Of a stretch of DNA of 44,317 nucleotides, positions 35,482 through 43,036 are shown piece by piece. The notes under the pieces are model-generated. The model ran no database searches. It was given only the letters and a program-made list of their open reading frames with translations, and was not told the origin of the DNA. How positions within the stretch are numbered: the stretch's first letter is position 1; each line of letters opens with the position of its first letter. A program made the translations under genes and the position numbers. Source of the DNA: a virus (Duplodnaviria; Caudoviricetes); IMG/VR virus record IMGVR_UViG_3300036376_000012, positions 1 to 44,317 of that record, one strand, 5' to 3'.

Positions 35482-36603
35482 ATGATCAGATATGTCCTCG
35501 CCCCGATCGCCCCGATCGCGCTGATCGCGTGGCCCGCCGTCGCGCAGACCATCGCTGTCGACCACGCCTTCACCGATAAGGATGGAGACGGCCGCATCGA
35601 GTTCGGCGCTGCCAATGCCAAGCTCTACGGCGTGCCCTTCGTCAACGCGAACGGCCGCGACGGCGCGCGCTACGTCTATTGCGGGCCGAAGGGCTGCGAT
35701 GCTGTCGTCCAGGCGCTCGTCGTCGATCCATGGGCCATCGCTGCTCCGACGACCGACAAGGCCGCGACGATCGTCAGCCCCAAGAACCCGTCGTCGAGCG
35801 CGTGGTTCTACCCTAAAAGCGGACAAGTGATGGCGGGTTATCGGCTTGAGCGCGCGCTCGACGCCATCCCGTATACCGACGGGCTCGACGGGCTGACCGT
35901 CACCGATCTGGACGCGGCTAGGGTCCGCACGCTGATGGCGCCGCTCGCGAAAGCCACGGCGCGCAACGTCCGTTTCGATCGCATACGCGCCACATGCACC
36001 GACCGCTGTTTCTACATTCGCGGCAACAGCGCGAACTGGACGATCCGCGACTTCGTGCTGAGCGGACCTGGTCCGAGTGTCTCGGCGCCGTTCAGCGCGG
36101 CGGTGCAGGTACAGGACGAGGCCGGCGATATCCTCATCGAGCGCGGCGAGGCTGGCGGCTTCTTCAGCACGTCGCCCGCCGGCTATCCGAACAGCGACGT
36201 GTTCGTCGCCGAGCGCGGCAATGCCCGGCTGACGTTCCGCTATGTCTCTGCCCACGACGCCACCAACGGCTGCTTCGACCTGAAAAGCAGCGAGACGCTG
36301 CTCGACCACGTCAAGGCGGCGCGTTGCGGCTACGGCTATCGGCTGTGGGGATCAGGCCGGGGCACGACGGTCGGCTGTCAGGACAACCACGCCTGCCTCC
36401 AGATCGCCAGCGCGCTCACCGATTACGTCATCGACCGGCTCGAGGTGAGCGGCACGGGCGCGTCGATCGTGGTCGACAGCCATGCCTGGGACAAGACGAC
36501 GGGGCGCAAGGGCCGGCTGACGATCGGGTCGTGCTCGGCGCCGGTCAAGGTGGCGAACCCGCAATGGGCGGTGATTTCGCTGGGTCAGGGGTGTGTGAAA
36601 TGA
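35482..36603 (+). CDS. Secreted beta-helix (pectin-lyase-like) protein, paralog of the tailspike domain
   Basis: Sec signal MIRYVLAPIAPIALIAWPAVA/Q; N.D.F..ERGN...DLKS...RLWG shared with 29036-31291. Confidence 0.75.
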   Translation: MIRYVLAPIAPIALIAWPAVAQTIAVDHAFTDKDGDGRIEFGAANAKLYGVPFVNANGRDGARYVYCGPKGCDAVVQALVVDPWAIAAPTTDKAATIVSPKNPSSSAWFYPKSGQVMAGYRLERALDAIPYTDGLDGLTVTDLDAARVRTLMAPLAKATARNVRFDRIRATCTDRCFYIRGNSANWTIRDFVLSGPGPSVSAPFSAAVQVQDEAGDILIERGEAGGFFSTSPAGYPNSDVFVAERGNARLTFRYVSAHDATNGCFDLKSSETLLDHVKAARCGYGYRLWGSGRGTTVGCQDNHACLQIASALTDYVIDRLEVSGTGASIVVDSHAWDKTTGRKGRLTIGSCSAPVKVANPQWAVISLGQGCVK

Positions 36604-37142
36604 GCATCGAAACCCTGCTCGATACCGTCATCGCACGCGAGGGCGGCTATGTGAACGATCCGCGCGATGCGGGCGGCGAGACGATCTGGGGCGTCACGGC
36701 CGAGACGGCGCGCGCCAACGGCTACGCCGGGCCGATGAAGGCGATGACGCGCGACCAGGCCAAGCAGGTCTATCGCAGCGCCTTCTGGGTGCGACCCCGA
36801 TTCGACAGGGTCGCGGCCCTGTCGGCGGCGATCGCGGCCGAGATGTTCGATACCGGCGTCAACATGGGGCCGTCGCGCGCGGCGACCTTCCTGCAGATGG
36901 CGCTGAACGGGCTCAACAACGGCGGCACGCTCTACCCCGACATCGCCGAGGACGGGCGGATCGGGCCCGGCACGCTGACGGCGCTGCAAGCCTATCTGCG
37001 CAAGCGCGGGCAGGCGGGCGAGACGGTGCTGCTGCGCGCGCTCAGCTGCCTGCGGGGCGCGCGCTACATCGAACTGGCGCGGCGGCGCGGCGGCAACGAG
37101 GCGTTCCTCTATGGCTGGCTGGCCAACCGGGTGGCAACATGA
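36600..37142 (+). CDS. Endolysin, glycoside hydrolase family 108 with PG-binding domain
   Basis: REGGYVNDPRDAGGETIWGVT, FDTGVNMG, DGRIGPGTL, FLYGWLANRV. Confidence 0.95.
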   Translation: MSIETLLDTVIAREGGYVNDPRDAGGETIWGVTAETARANGYAGPMKAMTRDQAKQVYRSAFWVRPRFDRVAALSAAIAAEMFDTGVNMGPSRAATFLQMALNGLNNGGTLYPDIAEDGRIGPGTLTALQAYLRKRGQAGETVLLRALSCLRGARYIELARRRGGNEAFLYGWLANRVAT

Positions 37143-37369
37143 GCGCGCGCACCGCCCTCATGTTCGTCATCATCGCCGCGTTCGAGCTCGCGCTGGCGGC
37201 GCTGTTCCGCTGGGAAATCCCGAAGGCGAACGAGCAGCTGCTGACCTATATGCTCGGGCAGCTGTCCGGCTTCGCCAGCGCCGTCGTGGCCTTCCAGTTC
37301 GGCACGACCAAGTCGAGCCAGGACAAGACCGAAGCGATCAGCAACCTTGCCAAGGGGATGAACCCATGA
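37139..37369 (+). CDS. Probable holin (two TM segments)
   Basis: Two hydrophobic segments, FQFGTTKSSQDKT tail, coupled to the endolysin. Confidence 0.7.
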   Translation: MSARTALMFVIIAAFELALAALFRWEIPKANEQLLTYMLGQLSGFASAVVAFQFGTTKSSQDKTEAISNLAKGMNP

Positions 37370-37680
37370 TCGCGCTCGTCGCCAGCCTCGGCGCCCTGAT
37401 GGGCGTGCGCGGGCGATTGCAGGGCGTCGCGGGCGCCCTCGCCGCGCTGGCGGCGCTGTTCGCAATCTGCGGGGCGCTGTGGGGCCTCGCCGTCTTCATG
37501 CTGGGCCGCCACGACATAGCAGTCGCCACGATCGCCGTATCGCAGGAACGCGGCGCCGCCGCCGTCCAGACCCTCAACCAAGTGGAGAAAGCCAATGCCG
37601 CTGCCGATCAGGTGCGCCGCGATCCTGTCGCTCGCGATGCCGAGTGCCTGCGCCATGCACGCAATCCCGAGGACTGTTGA
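37366..37680 (+). CDS. Probable inner-membrane spanin (Rz-like)
   Basis: N-terminal TM, Ala-rich helix, C-terminal Cys residues. Confidence 0.65.
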   Translation: MIALVASLGALMGVRGRLQGVAGALAALAALFAICGALWGLAVFMLGRHDIAVATIAVSQERGAAAVQTLNQVEKANAAADQVRRDPVARDAECLRHARNPEDC

Positions 37681-37861
37681 TTCATCCTGCTCAAGCTTCG
37701 CGACGATCGGCTACGCCATTCCGCCCAAGCAGGCGGATGGCGGCCGCGCGCTGCCCGACGATCCGGGCAACCGATATGACACCGAACAGACGGTCGCCGA
37801 CCTCCAGCAGCACAATGCCCGGTGGGACGCATTGTGCGGCCGAACGCCGGCGCGGCCATAG
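37595..37861 (+). CDS. Probable outer-membrane spanin lipoprotein (Rz1-like)
   Basis: Overlaps the Rz 3' end in another frame; lipobox-like PSAC; Pro-rich; HNARWDALC terminus. Confidence 0.7.
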   Translation: MPLPIRCAAILSLAMPSACAMHAIPRTVDSSCSSFATIGYAIPPKQADGGRALPDDPGNRYDTEQTVADLQQHNARWDALCGRTPARP

Positions 37862-37866
37862 CGTCC

Positions 37867-38124
37867 CTAAAGCCCGGCCGCCTTGCGGATAGCCTCATTC
37901 ATGCGGGACTGCCAGCCAGGGCCATCAGCCTTGAACCGATCGACGGCATCTCGATCGAGACGAAGAGCGACCTGAACCTTGTTCGATCCCCTTGGCCTGC
38001 CGCCCCTGGATTTGGGGAAGGCGGCCGCCAGCTGGGGGAAATCGGACAGAGGGCGAGCCCTTGAAAAATCCTCCTCGGTCCACTCCGGATTGTCGGGATC
38101 GGTCAAGATGGGTTCCTTAGACAT
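37867..38124 (-). CDS. brnA: BrnA antitoxin
   Basis: DPDNPEWTEEDF...GGRP...KVQVALRLDRDAVDRFKADGPGWQSRMNEAIRK. Confidence 0.92.
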   Translation of the reverse strand: MSKEPILTDPDNPEWTEEDFSRARPLSDFPQLAAAFPKSRGGRPRGSNKVQVALRLDRDAVDRFKADGPGWQSRMNEAIRKAAGL

Positions 38125-38365
38125 GGCGCCTGACTTCCTTCCTGTGGGCACGGCGGAGGCTGATGATACGGACGATCGGGCCGCGCAGGGTGACGGCCGC
38201 GCAGTGCCAATCACCATCGATCATTCCGTAGAGGCGGAAGCGAGCTTCCTCGAAGCGCTCATCGGCGACCACGACGACGTCCGTCAGATCGGCGGCACGG
38301 GCGAGCGAGATGCCGTGCTTGGCCAAGTTGATGACGTCTTTCGCGGGGTCGAACTCGATGTCCAT
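38117..38365 (-). CDS. brnT: BrnT ribonuclease toxin
   Basis: IEFDPAKDVINLAKHGISL...EARF...RIISLRRAHRKE. Confidence 0.92.
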   Translation of the reverse strand: MDIEFDPAKDVINLAKHGISLARAADLTDVVVVADERFEEARFRLYGMIDGDWHCAAVTLRGPIVRIISLRRAHRKEVRRHV

Positions 38366-38370
38366 ATGAG

Positions 38371-38423
38371 TTTATGTAGATGCAATAACATCCCGTGTCA
38401 ACACGTTTTTGCATATACATAAA
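38371..38423. promoter_or_regulatory. brnTA operator (inverted repeat)
   Basis: TTTATGTAGATGCAA (38371-38385) and TTGCATATACATAAA (38409-38423), 14/15 inverted match, directly upstream of brnT. Confidence 0.75.
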
Positions 38424-38433
38424 TAATCAAAGC

Positions 38434-38453
38434 GGGGGTATCGCGCGGGGTAT
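38434..38453. repeat. Arm-type direct repeats upstream of integrase 1
   Basis: GGGGGTAT (38434-38441) and CGGGGTAT (38446-38453), 12-bp period, typical of P4-like integrase arms. Confidence 0.6.
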
Positions 38454-38565
38454 GGCGCCCCGCGCGATCTCCTGAAAACCCAGCAATAGAGCCATTCTTA
38501 AATTGCCGCGACGGAGGGGATGTCCGTCGCGCGACGATCAAAACCCGATCAAGAAAGCGACATCG

Positions 38566-39744
38566 ATGCTCACCAACGCAGCGGTCAAGGCCGCGCGGCC
38601 GAAGGCGCGCGCCTATAAGCTGTTCGACGAACGCGGGCTGTTCCTGTTCATCGCGCCGACCGGCCTGCGCGCCTGGCGCATGAAGTTCCGGATGGGCGGG
38701 AAGGAGCAGCTGCTCTCGCTCGGCCACTGGCCGATGCTGTCGCTCGACGAAGCGCGGGAAGCGGCTGAAGAGGCTCGCGCTCTCATTACTCGCGGCATCC
38801 ATCCTGGGGTGAACAACAGGATGATCGGGGGTGAACCCCATGTTGAGCGAACGGTCGAAGCCGTCGCCCGCGCCTGGCACGCCGATCGGCGCGAACGCTG
38901 GACCCCGATCCACGCCGGCGACGTGCTGGCGAGCCTCGAGCGCGATGTCTTCCCGGCGATCGGCGCCAGGCCGATCGGCGCGATCGACGCGGCCGAGCTG
39001 CTCGAGGTGATCCGCGCCATCGAGGCGCGCGGCGCGCATGAGACCGCGCGGCGCGTGCGGCAGCGCCTGTCGATGATGTTCGAGTTCGCGATCGTGCGCC
39101 AGCTCGCGGCAGCCAACCCGGCGGCGCTGATCGCCGGCGAGCTCAAGGCGGCGCCGGCGCAGCAGCGGCATCCCGCCCTGCTCGACATCGAGGCGCTGCG
39201 CGCGCTGCTCGCGGCCGCCGAGGCGATCGACGCGCCGGCGCGGGTCAAGATCGCGTCACGCTTCCTGGCGCTGACGGCGGTGCGCCTCTCGTCACTCCGC
39301 CTCGCGCGCTGGGACGAGTTCGAGCAGCTCGACGGCCCGGCGCCGCTGTGGCGCATCCCGGCCGCGCACATGAAGCTCAAGAAAGCGAAGAAGGCCGACC
39401 GCGCCAACGATCATATCGTGCCGCTGAGCGCCGCGGCGGTGCAGCTGCTCCAAGCGCTGCGCGCGCTCCCCGACGCGGCCGACGACTTCGCCTTCCCGAT
39501 TCCCGGCGGCGCGATCGGCGCGCTGTACGACAAGGCCGGCTATGGCGGCCGCCACGTGCCGCATGGCTGGCGCGCCAGCTTCTCGACCATCCTCAACGAG
39601 CGCTTTCCGCTCGACAGCGTCGCGATCGACCGCGCGCTGGCCCACGCGCCCAGGGGCAAGGTCGAGGCCGCCTACAATCGCGCCGCGCATCTGGCGCGCC
39701 GGCGCGCGCTCTTCGACGCATGGGCGGAGATGCTGATCACGTAA
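38566..39744 (+). CDS. int: Tyrosine integrase 1 (P4-like, with arm-binding domain)
   Basis: MLTNAAVKAARPK..YKLFDERGLFL; catalytic R (TAVR), K (HMK), HGWR, LAH, AYNR all present. Confidence 0.93.
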   Translation: MLTNAAVKAARPKARAYKLFDERGLFLFIAPTGLRAWRMKFRMGGKEQLLSLGHWPMLSLDEAREAAEEARALITRGIHPGVNNRMIGGEPHVERTVEAVARAWHADRRERWTPIHAGDVLASLERDVFPAIGARPIGAIDAAELLEVIRAIEARGAHETARRVRQRLSMMFEFAIVRQLAAANPAALIAGELKAAPAQQRHPALLDIEALRALLAAAEAIDAPARVKIASRFLALTAVRLSSLRLARWDEFEQLDGPAPLWRIPAAHMKLKKAKKADRANDHIVPLSAAAVQLLQALRALPDAADDFAFPIPGGAIGALYDKAGYGGRHVPHGWRASFSTILNERFPLDSVAIDRALAHAPRGKVEAAYNRAAHLARRRALFDAWAEMLIT

Positions 39745-39777
39745 AATCATGAGTTTTCCCGACCGCCGCCGATCGCC

Positions 39778-40020
39778 TCAGCCGGGATCCTCGTGCACGA
39801 CAGGAACCCAGGCGAGGGAGGCGGCCCAGAGCGTATCGGCGAGCGCCTCCAATATGTCGCGGTGTCGGCTCGGCGACATCATGCGCCCGAGGCTGATCAG
39901 CGCCGCGATCACGCTCGACAAGTGGCGCCGCTCCTCGTCGGTGCAAATCCATTCGGTTACCCCGCCGGACTCGTCGGGCTCCTCGCCGAAATCGTCGGTC
40001 TCCTCGCCGATGTCCATCAT
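39778..40020 (-). CDS. Hypothetical protein, acidic N-terminus
   Basis: GGAGG RBS; ATGA overlap with the upstream gene. Confidence 0.6.
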   Translation of the reverse strand: MMDIGEETDDFGEEPDESGGVTEWICTDEERRHLSSVIAALISLGRMMSPSRHRDILEALADTLWAASLAWVPVVHEDPG

Positions 40021-40325
40021 GCCGGCCTCCGCTTCGTCGCCGTGATCTCGATCATGCTCCCGGCCGCCAGCGCCGGCACATAAGGGAGGTTCGCGGTCGC
40101 GTCCTCGATATTGTCGCGGATGAGCTCGAAGATGGCGGCGAGATCCTCGCGCACCGACACGCATTCCTCGCGCGCCTGGTCCTGATCCTCGGGGCAGGTG
40201 AGCGCCGCCAGCCCGTCGAGCACGCGACAGATGCGGTGGAGCTTGTATTTCTGTTCCTCCGACAGCGCCAGATGGGCGTGCACGGGACCATGCGCGGCGA
40301 AATCGCGCAGATCGGCCTGATCCAT
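40017..40325 (-). CDS. Hypothetical protein (resembles the XAC0095 family)
   Basis: LSEEQKYKLHRICRVLDGLAALTCP...REDLAAIFELI; GGGAG RBS; family resemblance from memory only. Confidence 0.6.
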   Translation of the reverse strand: MDQADLRDFAAHGPVHAHLALSEEQKYKLHRICRVLDGLAALTCPEDQDQAREECVSVREDLAAIFELIRDNIEDATANLPYVPALAAGSMIEITATKRRPA

Positions 40326-40338
40326 GACCCACACTCCC

Positions 40339-40815
40339 TTAGTCGGCCTGGGCGGGCGTGAGGATGAGCCCGGCGCAGTTGATCGCCATGAACACCTCGC
40401 GAACGCTCATCTCGTCGCAGAAGCGGACGGCGCGCTCCAGATAGTCGCGGGCGTCGCGCAGCCGGACACGATCGAAAAAGGCGTCGGTCAGCGTCGCGAT
40501 GCGATCGAGCTCGCCGGCGAGGCGGACGAGATCGGCGCGCACCCGGTTCAGCGGCTGGGCATAGCCCGCCTCGAAGATCGCGCGCAGCGTCCAATAGGCA
40601 TCGGCCGCGCAGGCCGCCATGTCGGCCGAACCGGCCCAGCCACGTGGCCGGGGCGCCTCGCGGCGGCCGCGCGGGCGCGGGGCATAGGATTGCGGCTGGT
40701 CGAGCGCGCGTCCGTCATCCTCGAACCCGTTCCAGAGACTGGCGAGGAGGAGGCGGCGCTTGCCGGCTTCAACGTCGGCGGCGGAGATGCTAGGGCTGTG
40801 CGCAGCTTGGGCCAT
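40339..40815 (-). CDS. Hypothetical protein, first gene of the cargo operon
   Basis: AAGGA RBS; 158 aa helical. Confidence 0.7.
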   Translation of the reverse strand: MAQAAHSPSISAADVEAGKRRLLLASLWNGFEDDGRALDQPQSYAPRPRGRREAPRPRGWAGSADMAACAADAYWTLRAIFEAGYAQPLNRVRADLVRLAGELDRIATLTDAFFDRVRLRDARDYLERAVRFCDEMSVREVFMAINCAGLILTPAQAD

Positions 40816-40880
40816 GGGTATGATCCTTGGTTCGAGTTAGGAGCGGTGCGAGGTGCCAGCCTTGCGCCGCTCTGCATTTT
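40800..40880 (+). ncRNA. Candidate cis-antisense sRNA covering the RBS/start of 40339-40815
   Basis: 13-bp hairpin 40841-40872 whose two non-Watson-Crick pairs are G-U only on the + strand, then TGCATTTT; TTCAAC-17-TAGGGC promoter-like sequence at 40768-40796. Confidence 0.45.
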
Positions 40881-40920
40881 GGGATAATCACGAAATGTGA
40901 CCGCGTCAACAAAAAAGGAT

Positions 40921-41097
40921 ATGCCTAAAAAGCGAGGAAGGCCTCCTACGGGCAAGCATCCTCTTATCGGCTTCAGGTCTCCGCCAGAGCTGACCTTGGG
41001 AATTGATGGCTGGGCGTCAGAAAACGAAATGTCGCGAGCAGAGGCTATCCGGCATATGGTCCAATCTTTTCTGGACTCTAGAACTCCCCAAAAATAA
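40921..41097 (+). CDS. Ribbon-helix-helix regulator
   Basis: KKRGRPPTGKHPLIGFR...IDGWA...MSRAEAIRHMV; divergent from the cargo operon. Confidence 0.85.
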   Translation: MPKKRGRPPTGKHPLIGFRSPPELTLGIDGWASENEMSRAEAIRHMVQSFLDSRTPQK

Positions 41098-41123
41098 CGA
41101 TCTCCTAAGAAGAGGAGATATCT

Positions 41124-41684
41124 ATGAGATTCTTGATAGCTTGCCTGCCTATCGTCGTTGCCGTTGGCAGTGCTGCGGCGCCGAAAGGCACTGCCACTCA
41201 AGTTGCGAAAAAGCCCGTAGCGGCCGCCATGGCAACACAAAGTTTGCCTATTTTCTCTTTTCTCGGTGACACAACGGAAGCTGTAAGCTCTCGCGCTATG
41301 CTAAATAGCTCAAAGTGTACGACGGAACATGAAATTACTGAATGCTCGGATTACAGTCGTCCCAAGATAGGCGGCGTAGACTTAAAAACGTTGTCGATTA
41401 AGTACAATAGAGGGTTGTTGTACGAAGTGATCTCGCTGACATGGTCAGATAGATACGCTGCCCTTCTTGAAGTATTTTCATTAAAGTATGGCTCACCCTC
41501 ATTAACAGTTGAAAAGTGGCAGTCAAAGTCGGGGGCTGTTTTCGATAATTCGATCGCCACTTGGCATTTCAAAAACGGATTGCTGCGGCTGGAAGCTTTA
41601 GGACCTGATGTCAACACTGCCGATTTCATATTCACGTCGACTGTTAATGCACCGCCACGGCCCACTCCCAATATAGATTTTTAG
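41124..41684 (+). CDS. Low-GC exported protein (moron)
   Basis: GAGGAG RBS; signal peptide MRFLIACLPIVVAVGSAAA; AT-rich codons. Confidence 0.75.
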   Translation: MRFLIACLPIVVAVGSAAAPKGTATQVAKKPVAAAMATQSLPIFSFLGDTTEAVSSRAMLNSSKCTTEHEITECSDYSRPKIGGVDLKTLSIKYNRGLLYEVISLTWSDRYAALLEVFSLKYGSPSLTVEKWQSKSGAVFDNSIATWHFKNGLLRLEALGPDVNTADFIFTSTVNAPPRPTPNIDF

Positions 41685-41786
41685 CTGCCAGATCCTTGGC
41701 CGCGCTCGGCGACCCGGCGCGATGACGCCGGCGCCGGCTTCAGCGCGGCCTAGACCTGGCTCCAGCATCACTGAAAGGCAGTAGGG

Positions 41787-42119
41787 ATGAACGAAGTAAC
41801 GCGATACCTCCAGGCCAATGCCGAGCTGCAGGCGGCGAGGAAGGACGTTCTCGACATCGCGCGCTGCCTCGCCGATTTCGCGCGCCAGCTCCAGTCGCAC
41901 GCCAGCCGCGTCGCGTTCGCCGGGATCGACGGCTCCGATCTCGCCGCACGCATCGGGCCGGCGTGCCGCACCTGGGACGCGGCAGCCGCGCCGACGCCCG
42001 GCTCGATCCAGGCAGCGCTCGAGCGGCGGGCGCACGCGATCGAGGACGCGCTGGCGGCCTGGGACATGGTGCCGCCCGAGATGCGGTTCTCGCTCGTCGC
42101 CCCGCGCACCGCCGACTGA
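41787..42119 (+). CDS. Hypothetical protein
   Basis: 110 aa, host-like codon use. Confidence 0.6.
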   Translation: MNEVTRYLQANAELQAARKDVLDIARCLADFARQLQSHASRVAFAGIDGSDLAARIGPACRTWDAAAAPTPGSIQAALERRAHAIEDALAAWDMVPPEMRFSLVAPRTAD

Positions 42120-42143
42120 CCTCACCTCCCGACCTCGCACCGC

Positions 42144-42310
42144 CGCGCGCCGCCCGTGACGGCGCGCGCCATTCTAACCTGGGCTCCCCCTGGGAAGCCC
42201 CGGACCGGCGCAAGCCGGTCCGTTCCCCCGTCGCCAGTGACGGGGTGAGAGGATGCCTATTGGCGGTGTCGCTGTTGCCTGGACCTCAAATCAACGTCTG
42301 GCGAAGCCAG
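42144..42310. other. Hairpin cluster downstream of repA, candidate replication origin or structured element
   Basis: Five stem-loops: 42144-42168, 42181-42200, 42201-42222, 42226-42245, 42298-42310. Confidence 0.5.
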
Positions 42311-42351
42311 TCCATTCTCCCTTAAACCCCTACCTCCGGATAGAGCCGCAA

Positions 42352-43014
42352 TTATGGACTCGGGCTGGGGTCAGGTTCGAAGTGGCGGCCGAGCGCGGCG
42401 AGCGAGCGTTCGAGCGCCAGGTTCGTGACCTTGGGGGGGGGTCGCGTCGCCTGGCCCGCGCGCGCGGCGCCGCCCAGTCGGCCGAGATTGCGTGACAGCG
42501 CCTTCTGGAAATAGTGCCAGACGCGCGATGCCATGCGACCTCGAAGGTCGAAGAAGTAGGCGTTGCTGGTCTGCTTGCGCTTGGGGCCTTCGTCGCTGTC
42601 GGCGCGGATGGAGCGCCGCACCCACTCGATGAAACCATGGGCATTCAGGCGCTTGATGCTGTCGATCACCACCTGCTTGCAGACGGCCGCCTTGTGCGCG
42701 ATCGTCTTGTGCTCGGGAAACAGGGCGCCGCTGGCGAAGTCCAGGCAGGACAGGATGGCGTCATAGACCGTGTAATCGGTCCATTGCAGCCGATCGTCGC
42801 CCTTGTACTTCTCGGTCTTGTGCTGGCGGATCAGCTGCTTGAGCGTCTCGCGCAGCGCGCCGGTGTAGGCGAAGCCCTGCGCCTTCGTGCCGTCCCCGAT
42901 CCGCCTGAACACCTTGGCGCGCGGATCCTCCACATCGTAGCTGTGGCGGTGAACGGGGTCGTTGCGCCGCTCGAGGTAGCCGAGCGCCACCTCACCGATG
43001 CTGCGCGCGCTCAT
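42352..43014 (-). CDS. Plasmid-type winged-HTH replication initiator (RepA-like)
   Basis: LDFASGALFPEHKTIAHKAAVCKQVVIDSIKRLNAHGFIEWVRR...QTSNAYFF pattern of alphaproteobacterial HTH Rep proteins. Confidence 0.75.
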   Translation of the reverse strand: MSARSIGEVALGYLERRNDPVHRHSYDVEDPRAKVFRRIGDGTKAQGFAYTGALRETLKQLIRQHKTEKYKGDDRLQWTDYTVYDAILSCLDFASGALFPEHKTIAHKAAVCKQVVIDSIKRLNAHGFIEWVRRSIRADSDEGPKRKQTSNAYFFDLRGRMASRVWHYFQKALSRNLGRLGGAARAGQATRPPPKVTNLALERSLAALGRHFEPDPSPSP

Positions 43015-43036
43015 GGCCGGGTACCCCGGCCGGCGG

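Noticed and set aside
26509-36603. Possible diversity-generating retroelement or shufflon acting on fibre genes
   Set aside because: No reverse transcriptase, no near-identical template/variable repeat pair and no inverted cassettes seen; the paralogy is ancient and at protein level
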